A stretch of DNA of 16,399 nucleotides from Armatimonadota bacterium (GTDB taxonomy: Bacteria > Armatimonadota > UBA10988), in the NCBI GenBank assembly GCA_016235455.1, contig JACRKZ010000024.1, forward strand, positions 1-16,399. The letters are read 5' to 3'. Positions 1 through 6,660 of the stretch are shown here, one piece after another (within the stretch, counting starts at the first letter, position 1; the number at the start of each line of letters is the position of its first letter). The position numbers were made by a program, and so were the translations under genes. The notes under the pieces were generated by a model, which ran no database searches, was not told the DNA's origin, and saw nothing but the letters and a program-made list of their open reading frames with translations.

Positions 1-173
1 ATGCCCAGCATGTCGCCGCCCAGCAAGACCTGTCTCGTGTCGTGCGGGTTGATGGTGATGGAGGTCATCCAGCCGCCGCAGCCGGGCTCGCCCAGCGGCT
101 GCCAGCGGGGCGGCTCGGCGGCCATGGCCAACCCACAGACGCACAGCATGCCCAGCCATCGTCGCACCAGCAT
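1..173 (-). CDS. Secreted BNR/Asp-box-type beta-propeller protein (GH74/xyloglucanase-like N-terminus), 5' part only; runs off the window start
   Basis: Not in the ORF track. The minus strand from ATG at 173 (GAGGTGG SD upstream) reads MLVRRWLGMLCVCGLAMAAEPPRWQPLGEPGCGGWMTSITINPHDTRQVLLGGDMLG. This is a signal peptide followed by W-x-x-LG..GGW..I.I.P.D....GD..G, resembling the first blade of GH74-like propeller proteins. Confidence 0.65.
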   Translation of the reverse strand, partial: MLVRRWLGMLCVCGLAMAAEPPRWQPLGEPGCGGWMTSITINPHDTRQVLLGGDMLG

Positions 174-230
174 CGTCACCACCTCGTTGCAGTCGCCTCG
201 AGAGTGTCACAGCGGGGGCGAATCCAGCAA

Positions 231-248
231 GCCGGGCAGCGGCCCGGC
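231..248. terminator. Small GC hairpin, possible weak terminator or processing site downstream of the GH-A gene
   Basis: GCCGGGC-AGCG-GCCCGGC is a perfect 7-bp stem about 30 nt after the stop at 281. Only TT follows on the minus strand. Confidence 0.3.
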
Positions 249-280
249 AATGTGAGCGAATCGGTTCGCCCAGCGTCGAG

Positions 281-1642
281 TCAGGGCGCTAGCGGCAGCG
301 CCGCGCGCTCGGCGACGATCACGGGCCAGTCACCCACCAGGATACCCGTCAGGCGCAGCGCCTGCCCGTCGACCGACCAGTTGGCGCGCGGCACCGCGCG
401 CACCTCGCCGCTCAGCAGGTCGCAGTAGACAGGTTCGAGCGCCTCCCGGACGTAGACGGTCAGGTCGACCGGCGTGGTCGCGTCAGACTCGGTCGGCGGC
501 GCCGCCTTCGACCACACCGTCAGCAACCACGGGCCTCCGTCCCGCCGACACCAGGGCTGTAGCGCCAGGCCGTCGACGCTGGCGGTGACCTTGGCGTCGC
601 TGCCAAGGAGTTGGCCATCGAACACCCCAAAGACTCGCTGCGCGGCCCGGTAGGCGGGTTTGGCGTAGGCCACCGTGCCGTCCTCGTTGGCCTTCAGCAG
701 GCCCTTGGTGTTCCATCGGCCGGTGTAGTTCAGCTCCATGAGCGTGAACAGGTTGAAGGGGATGCCCTGGGCATGGTGCGCCAACATGCGGCGCAGATCC
801 CACTTGGCCTGCGTCAACTCGGTCCAGGGCCGGCCCGACAGCGCGCCGAACGTGGCCGCCGTGGACGGCGCGCCGGTCTCGCCCTGGCGCACGCCAAGTC
901 GCGGGTCGAGCTCGTGGACGAAACTGCGCAGGGCCAGGATGCTCGCCAGGTTGTCCGGGTTGTCTGGGTACGTGTGCATCGTCACAGCGTCCACCAGCCC
1001 GAGCTTGCCGCGCTCGCGGAGGACGGTGAGCACCTCCTTGGCGAACGCCACGTTGCCGGCCAGGCCCAGCGCGTAGAGGCGGGCCTGGGGCTGCTCGGCA
1101 CGGATGGCCGCGGCGGTGCGCTGGTACAACTCCACGTAGCCGGCAGCCGTGTTGCTCTTGCTCAGGTCCGGCTCGTTCCAGATCTCCCACTCGTCGACGC
1201 GGTCGCGGAAGTGGTGCACCAGCGCGCGCACCCACGCCTCCCAGCCGGCGACCGCCTCTGGGCTGCTGGGGAACGCGCCACCCAGACCCGTGCCGCCGCC
1301 ACCGGGGTAGATGGGGTTGCCATAGGAGGTTTCGAGCCACGGCTGCACGCCTTGGGCCCGGGCATCGTCGACCACCTCATCGAGCCAGGCAAAGTCGTAG
1401 ACGCCGCGCTGCTTCTCGCACTTGGCCCAGCCGGCCTGCACGCGCAGCGCCTTGGCGCCCAGCGGCCCAAGCCATGCGCGGTACTTGGCGTAGTGGGCGA
1501 AGTCGCGGTCCAGCGTCTCGCCGCCAACCGACCAGGTCGACGCGGCGACAGCGCTCGCCGGTCGCGTGGCCAAGCGCCCAAGCAGCGGCCAGTCGGGTGG
1601 CGCCATCGTCGCCAAGGCCGCCAGCACAATCCACGAAGCCAT
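281..1642 (-). CDS. Secreted clan GH-A glycoside hydrolase (GH39/GH5-like), 453 aa
   Basis: AGGAGG SD before ATG and a signal peptide. Motifs GVYDFAWLDEVVD, WEIWNEPD (acid/base Glu), TMHTY and QGETG (nucleophile Glu) are characteristic of clan GH-A TIM barrels. Confidence 0.8.
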   Translation of the reverse strand: MASWIVLAALATMAPPDWPLLGRLATRPASAVAASTWSVGGETLDRDFAHYAKYRAWLGPLGAKALRVQAGWAKCEKQRGVYDFAWLDEVVDDARAQGVQPWLETSYGNPIYPGGGGTGLGGAFPSSPEAVAGWEAWVRALVHHFRDRVDEWEIWNEPDLSKSNTAAGYVELYQRTAAAIRAEQPQARLYALGLAGNVAFAKEVLTVLRERGKLGLVDAVTMHTYPDNPDNLASILALRSFVHELDPRLGVRQGETGAPSTAATFGALSGRPWTELTQAKWDLRRMLAHHAQGIPFNLFTLMELNYTGRWNTKGLLKANEDGTVAYAKPAYRAAQRVFGVFDGQLLGSDAKVTASVDGLALQPWCRRDGGPWLLTVWSKAAPPTESDATTPVDLTVYVREALEPVYCDLLSGEVRAVPRANWSVDGQALRLTGILVGDWPVIVAERAALPLAP

Positions 1643-1692
1643 GACTACCTCCTACCACGATGCTGTAACGGCTCGTCGGCGCAAGGACACCG

Positions 1693-1701
1693 TGCTATTG
1701 T
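1693..1701 (+). promoter_or_regulatory. Putative extended -10 promoter for the TerC-family gene
   Basis: TGCTATTGT (TGn + TATTGT) ends 10 nt before ATG 1712, in the 69-bp divergent intergenic region. No strong SD is present. Confidence 0.35.
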
Positions 1702-1711
1702 AGTAGGCACT

Positions 1712-2749
1712 ATGACACAGATCTATGTCGGCTTCGTGGCTCTGGTGATGGTCTTCCTTGCGCTCGACCTGGGCGTGTTCAACCGCAAGGCCCACACCAT
1801 TGAGACCAAGGAGGCGCTGCGCTGGACGGTGCTCTGGGTGAGTTGCGCGCTGCTGTTCAACGTTGGCGTGTACTTTATGTACCAGAACCGGATGCACGGC
1901 CTGCGTAGCGAGTTGCTCGGCGACGGCTGGACCGCGGCGATGCAGTTCTTCACCGGCTACCTGGTGGAATACACGCTGAGTCTGGATAATGTCTTCGTCA
2001 TCGCCATCATCTTCAGCTACTTCGGCGTCCCAGGCCACAGCCAGCACCGCACGCTCTTTTGGGGAATTCTGGGCGCACTGATCTTCCGCGGCCTGATGAT
2101 CGGTGTCGGCGCGCAGATGATTCAGCGTTTTGAGTGGACCATGTACCTGTTCGGCGCGCTACTGCTCTTCTCGGCGGTCAAGATGCTCCGGGCCGGCGAC
2201 GAAGAGGTGGAGCCGGAGCACAACCCGCTGGTCAAGTTCGCTCGCCGGCTCTATCCGGTCACGGCCACCTACGAGGGCGAGCGCTTCTTCACCCGGCTGC
2301 CCGATGGCCGACGCGCCATGACACCGCTGTTCCTCGTGCTGCTGGTGATCGAGAGCACGGATGTGATGTTCGCCGTCGACAGCATCCCCGCCATCTTCGG
2401 CATCACGCACGACCCGTTCATCGTCTTCACCTCCAATGTGTTCGCCATTCTGGGCCTGCGCTCGCTGTACTTCGTGCTGGCCGGCATGATGGCGCGCTTC
2501 CACCACATCAAGACCGCGCTGGTCTTCGTGCTGGCGTTCATCGCGGTCAAAATGCTGCTCATGGAAGTGGTGCACATCTCCACGGGCGTGTCGTTGTTGG
2601 TGCTCGTGGTCATGATCGGTACTGGCGTGGTCGCTTCGCTGATCGCCCCGTCCGACACGGCGGAAGAGGCCGTCGACGCCGCCTTGGTCGAGGATGACGA
2701 CGAACAACTCGACCTGCCCGGCACCGAGCCAACCGACGACGAAGCCTAA
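1712..2749 (+). CDS. terC: TerC/Alx family integral membrane protein (metal, probably Mn2+, homeostasis), 345 aa
   Basis: Start reassigned to ATG 1712 (MTQIYVGFVALV), because the ORF-track extension overlaps the GH gene. TerC motifs FLALDLGVF, EYTLSLDNVFV, QHRTLFWGILGALIFRG and ESTDVMFAVDSIPAIF, FTSNVFAILGLRSLYF. Acidic C-terminal tail. Confidence 0.93.
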   Translation: MTQIYVGFVALVMVFLALDLGVFNRKAHTIETKEALRWTVLWVSCALLFNVGVYFMYQNRMHGLRSELLGDGWTAAMQFFTGYLVEYTLSLDNVFVIAIIFSYFGVPGHSQHRTLFWGILGALIFRGLMIGVGAQMIQRFEWTMYLFGALLLFSAVKMLRAGDEEVEPEHNPLVKFARRLYPVTATYEGERFFTRLPDGRRAMTPLFLVLLVIESTDVMFAVDSIPAIFGITHDPFIVFTSNVFAILGLRSLYFVLAGMMARFHHIKTALVFVLAFIAVKMLLMEVVHISTGVSLLVLVVMIGTGVVASLIAPSDTAEEAVDAALVEDDDEQLDLPGTEPTDDEA

Positions 2750-4701
2750 GGGGTGGCAGCCAGCCAGGCCGTCGCCGCCAGTTCCAGCAGCGGCGCCTGA
2801 TCGAACGTGTCCCACACATACGGCCGCGTCACGATCGCCGGCCACAGCCGCCGCACCTCGTCGCCCCGGCCGGCGCGGGCCAGTGCAATAGCGTTGGCCG
2901 CGTCGTAGGCCCGCTGCGTGCTGCCCAGCTTGCCGGTCCACTCCTGCCATGGCTGCCGGGCCAGTTCGCGCCACACGCCAAACAGGTCGGCGCGCGGCAA
3001 CTCCAGGCACGGCAGATGCGTGAACCAGGTGCTCTGCACGTAGACCCACGGCTCAGCCCGCGATAGCTCGATCGTGCCCCGTTCGATGCCATTGACCACG
3101 GCGTTGGGGCTGTCGAACACTGTTCGGCAACCAAACAGCGTGCGCCAGGCCTGCTCGGCGTAGGCCGCGCGCGACAGCGCTTCCCCGCGCCAAGGCGCCG
3201 GCTGACCGCCGTAGCTCAGGTGGGCCAGCGCCTGCCAGGCCAGATAGCCACCAATAGCGCTCTCGGCGATGAGGTGGTGGAAGGTCGGCCCGGGGTTGGC
3301 CAGGGCGATGCCGGAGCGGTCCATGTACGCGGCCAGTTGGCGCACCTGCGCGGCCAGCACGCCCTGGGGCACCAGCGGGTCGACATCCCAGCGGCGGCTG
3401 TGCAGCAGCGTGGCCTGGAGCAGGCAGGCGAGGATCTCGGGGTAGTCGATGCCGGCGCCGACAAAGCCCGGCTGCTCGGGCGGCATCAGGTCCCAGGGCC
3501 GCTGGCCGATGGGCACGAAGTGGCCCCACTGGTAGCGCAGACCGCGTTCGACGGCCTCGCGCAGCCGCGTCTGCAGCGCGTCTGGCAGCAGCGGCGCCAC
3601 CTCGCACAGCACGGCCAGCGTGGTGCCCTCGTGGAAGCATCGACCGTCGTTGAAGGGGAACGTGCCATCCGGCCGCTGACGGCTGAGCACGGCCTCGGTC
3701 TGCCGCGCCAGGTGCGCCGCGGCCTCGGCCGACAGCGGGCGCCACTCAGGCAGGACGCGGCCCAGGCCCGGCGGGCTCGGCAAACCCGCCCGCCAGACCG
3801 GGCCATCGACCAGCGCCAGATCGCCAGTGACGCAGGCCACCCGCGGCGCCGTGGCCGGGGCCAGCGGCGCCAGCGACGGCGGCACAAGCAGCTGACCCGC
3901 GCCGCGCAACTCCACGTCGGGGCGGTCGTCGGCAAACAGCAGATGCGTGCGTGGCGCGGCGGCCAGGAAGGCTTGTGCGGTGGCGGCGTCCACCCGGCCG
4001 GGCAGTACGGCGTACACCAGGGCCGCGTGTGCCACCGAGGCGCCATAGCTCCACGACAGCCCGTCGTCCTCGATGCGCAACTCGGCCGGCGCCGGAGTGA
4101 AGGAGAGCACCTGGGTGAAGCCGGCCTCGTCGTACGCCATCAGCAGACGAGGCGCTGCGACCGCGGCGGCCGGGCGAGTCAGCGGCCGACCATCGACCTG
4201 CCACAGCCGCGGGGCCGCCCTCTCGGCCCAGCTGTAGCCCAACAGCGCGGCATTCAGCGGCTCCGCGCCGGCCAGTCGGTCGATCTCGAAGCGGATGCGT
4301 GGGTCGTCGGTGCTCAGCTCGGCCGACGTCTGCACCGACCAGCCCGCCTTGACGTGGGTCAGCCCCGCGCGGCACAGATCGGCATCCAGCCAGCGCACCT
4401 CGGCGCGGCGACGGTCGACCGGCAGTGCGTGGCCCCAGGTGCCGTCAGGAGCCGCCACGGCCAGCGCGCCGGCATAGACCGACGCGCCGAACCGGCCGGC
4501 GCGTGCGACCGGCACGAGCGCCTGCACCTTGAGCACCTTCTCGAGGTGCAGGCTGTAGGTACCGTTGACCGCGATGCGCTCGGCCTGCCCCGCGTCGAGC
4601 GGCGCGAAGCGGCCCGGCGGGTTGCCCGTCTGCACCAGCGCCAACGGCGGCTGCGCCACGGCAGGCAGCGCCAGCGCTGTGATCATGACCAGCAGCCTCA
4701 T
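2746..4701 (-). CDS. Secreted hypothetical protein, about 651 aa; C-terminal half possibly an alpha/alpha toroid
   Basis: GGAG SD then ATG 4701 (MRLLVMITALALPAVAQ, signal peptide ending AVA). Contains QRPDGTFPF, a QxxDGxF/W-type repeat, followed by a helical Trp/Tyr-rich region. Its stop overlaps the terC stop (CTAA, 2746-2749). Confidence 0.7.
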   Translation of the reverse strand: MRLLVMITALALPAVAQPPLALVQTGNPPGRFAPLDAGQAERIAVNGTYSLHLEKVLKVQALVPVARAGRFGASVYAGALAVAAPDGTWGHALPVDRRRAEVRWLDADLCRAGLTHVKAGWSVQTSAELSTDDPRIRFEIDRLAGAEPLNAALLGYSWAERAAPRLWQVDGRPLTRPAAAVAAPRLLMAYDEAGFTQVLSFTPAPAELRIEDDGLSWSYGASVAHAALVYAVLPGRVDAATAQAFLAAAPRTHLLFADDRPDVELRGAGQLLVPPSLAPLAPATAPRVACVTGDLALVDGPVWRAGLPSPPGLGRVLPEWRPLSAEAAAHLARQTEAVLSRQRPDGTFPFNDGRCFHEGTTLAVLCEVAPLLPDALQTRLREAVERGLRYQWGHFVPIGQRPWDLMPPEQPGFVGAGIDYPEILACLLQATLLHSRRWDVDPLVPQGVLAAQVRQLAAYMDRSGIALANPGPTFHHLIAESAIGGYLAWQALAHLSYGGQPAPWRGEALSRAAYAEQAWRTLFGCRTVFDSPNAVVNGIERGTIELSRAEPWVYVQSTWFTHLPCLELPRADLFGVWRELARQPWQEWTGKLGSTQRAYDAANAIALARAGRGDEVRRLWPAIVTRPYVWDTFDQAPLLELAATAWLAATP

Positions 4702-4712
4702 CGCGCCACTCC

Positions 4713-6221
4713 CTAATGCTCGCCCCGCTGGTTCCACGCCAGCCACAGCGCCGCCATGCCGCCACCCACCACCGCCGCCCATTCCCAAAACTGGCTCCAC
4801 GTGGCCGCCTTCAGCAGCGCGCCCCCGAAGAAGCTGGCCAGGATGCCGATGGGCACGGCGACGAAGGCGATGAAGTTCAACAGCGCATTCGAACGCCGTT
4901 CGACGCGGTCCTGGTGGTATTCCTGCAGGTCCTGGGCTTCTTCATAGACCTGGGCAAACAGGTTGGGCAGACCCAGCCCCGCCTGGATGCGGCCATAGAT
5001 GTCGGCGGCCTGCGCCTTGAGCGACAATTCGGGGAACCAGAAGCGGTTGCGGAAGTCGAGGAAGTGCCGCCAGCAGCGGTGCGCCAGCCGGCCGTTGCGC
5101 CGCGCGTCGGCCTCACCGGCGACCATCTGCTCGAACAGACGGTGTAGCCGCAGTCGCTGGAACAGGCAGACCGCGAAGATCATCAGGTACGGCCCCTCGA
5201 CGTTCTGGCGCAATCCCGGGCACTGCTCGTCGCGCGCGAGGAACACCACATGGTCGCGCAGGGCCAGGCCCAGCCAGTTGTCCCACAGGCGCCAGGACTG
5301 CCCGTCGAGCAGGCGCCGCGCCTGCTCGCGCGTGGGCCGAAAGCCCGGCTCATCGGCGCGGGCCAGCGTGGCCAACTCGTAAAGCACGGCCTCCGACGCG
5401 TCCTCGAACAGTGTTCGGTTGCCGTCGTTCTGCTCCTCGCCCACGAGCTGAGCATGACTCATCAACAGGAAGTTCTTGCCGTAGGCAGCTGCGAACTCGT
5501 GCGAGCCAAAAGCCCCTTTGGCGGGTTTGGCATTGGTTTCAGGCGCCAGCGCGCCGGTGAGTCGGGCCACCAGTTCCGAGGCCGGGCCGCTGAAGCCCGA
5601 CTCGCCGTGGATGGTCCAACGTGGCGCCTCGCCGGTGTAGTACGAGCTGTGCACCGTGCGCAGCCGCCGCAGTTGGAGAGCCAGCTGGTGGTGGTTCAGG
5701 TCGGCGTCGTCGCAGCGCACCTTGAGCACCAGCAGACCCAGGCCGTGGGGGAAGAGAATGGCGTCGACCCAGCGCAGCCAGAACTCACCGACCACGCGTG
5801 ACTCGTCGCCGGACTCGCCCTCGGAAAGTGTCAGCCGCTGGCCGGTGGCGGAACGGCCCCAGGCGCTCCAGGTCAGCCGCACCACGGGCTCGATGCGCGA
5901 CCCGCGGGCCAGTTCCGCGACGCGATCCGACGCCGCAGCCTCCCGCCACAGCCCGGCACGCGCCACATCGGCCGCCAACTGGCCCGGCAGGCGGGCCGTC
6001 TCTGGGTACAGCACATGCCGCACGTGGGGCAGGAAATAGAGTGGTTCGTGCAACGCGGTCTGCAGGAGAGTCCGGCCGGTGCGGTCGAGTCGACCCGGAT
6101 CCAGCCGCCACCACCACGGCCGCCAGGCGCTGTCCAAGCGCTGGGAATCGGCTTTCCGCACGTCGTGCTGGAACGGCAGCACAAGGAGCGTATAGTGGTC
6201 TCGCAGCGCAACCGGCCCCAT
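4713..6221 (-). CDS. CorA-like membrane protein (large soluble domain plus 2 C-terminal TM helices) resembling type III CRISPR-associated CorA effectors, about 502 aa
   Basis: GGGAGG SD then ATG 6221 (MGPVALRDHYTLLVLPF). Segments LLVLPF, YFLPHVRHVLY, VDAILFPHGLGLL, YLMIFAVCLFQR and FLDFRNRFWFPELSLKAQAADIY resemble, from recall, the CRISPR-linked CorA group. A helical stalk and two TM segments follow (LLNFIAFVAVPIGILASFFGG; WAAVVGGGMAALWLAW). Confidence 0.7.
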   Translation of the reverse strand: MGPVALRDHYTLLVLPFQHDVRKADSQRLDSAWRPWWWRLDPGRLDRTGRTLLQTALHEPLYFLPHVRHVLYPETARLPGQLAADVARAGLWREAAASDRVAELARGSRIEPVVRLTWSAWGRSATGQRLTLSEGESGDESRVVGEFWLRWVDAILFPHGLGLLVLKVRCDDADLNHHQLALQLRRLRTVHSSYYTGEAPRWTIHGESGFSGPASELVARLTGALAPETNAKPAKGAFGSHEFAAAYGKNFLLMSHAQLVGEEQNDGNRTLFEDASEAVLYELATLARADEPGFRPTREQARRLLDGQSWRLWDNWLGLALRDHVVFLARDEQCPGLRQNVEGPYLMIFAVCLFQRLRLHRLFEQMVAGEADARRNGRLAHRCWRHFLDFRNRFWFPELSLKAQAADIYGRIQAGLGLPNLFAQVYEEAQDLQEYHQDRVERRSNALLNFIAFVAVPIGILASFFGGALLKAATWSQFWEWAAVVGGGMAALWLAWNQRGEH

Positions 6222-6288
6222 GGCGACCTCCCTCGGCGGGCCTGTGGCCCGGAGTCGGCGCGGCTCGCCAGCCCCAGCGCCGAGTCCC

Positions 6289-6553
6289 AATGTACACCGA
6301 ATCGTCGTGTCTCGGCGGGCCGACCGGCGCTCCGACTCGACCAAGGCCGATGCCAGGCGGGTTCGCGGGCTGCCAATGTACACTCCACCGTCGGCCGAAG
6401 CGCTGGTCACGACGGCTGGGTGTACATCGCCAATCCCGCTCCCAGAGCTGCGTTGAGCGGATCGACGCGACGGCCTGGTGTACCGGCGGCGCCGGGTCAC
6501 GCGACGGTTGGGTGTACGTTGTCTGGCCACGGCGCGACGGTTCGGTGTACATT
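6289..6553. repeat. Cluster of six 19-bp iteron-like repeats (invariant CGACG-N5-GTGTAC), putative Rep-binding sites/origin
   Basis: Minus strand: 6289-6307 CGACGATTCGGTGTACATT; 6375-6393 CGACGGTGGAGTGTACATT. Plus strand: 6410-6428 CGACGGCTGGGTGTACATC; 6468-6486 CGACGGCCTGGTGTACCGG; 6502-6520 CGACGGTTGGGTGTACGTT; 6535-6553 CGACGGTTCGGTGTACATT. The cluster lies directly upstream of a rep-like gene. Confidence 0.85.
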
Positions 6554-6660
6554 CGAGGGGCGCAACGCCGCGACCCAGGCGGATCGCCGCGGCTCATAAG
6601 AGGGTGAGAGAGAGATCAGGGCAGGATCGGGGAGCATTCTTGGCAGCTTCACTTGCGAAC

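Noticed and set aside
611-1711. 712-aa ORF suggesting a TerC fusion with a long N-terminal domain
   Set aside because: The extension is the antisense shadow of the GH-A gene. TerC-like sequence begins at ATG 1712.
1858-1876. Partial iteron-like match CAACGTTGGCGTGTACTTT in terC
   Set aside because: It breaks the invariant CGACG, is isolated and is explained by N-V-G-V-Y-F codons.
3220-4716. Long antisense or alternate-frame ORFs (this 498-aa one; also 8335-10116, 13199-15025, 6718-7800 and 15199-16353)
   Set aside because: These are typical high-GC shadow ORFs lying over better-supported genes, with no recognisable motifs.
6289-6553. CRISPR array interpretation of the repeats, tempting because of the adjacent CorA-like gene
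   Set aside because: The repeats are 19 bp, degenerate in the middle and in both orientations. Gaps are irregular (14-67 bp) and no cas genes are present. Iterons fit much better.
6222-6660. ORF-track N-terminal extensions of the corA-like gene (to 6530) and rep (from 6478)
   Set aside because: The Arg-rich translations run through the repeat array and overlap each other. A strong SD supports 6221, and Rep-like sequence begins after 6661.
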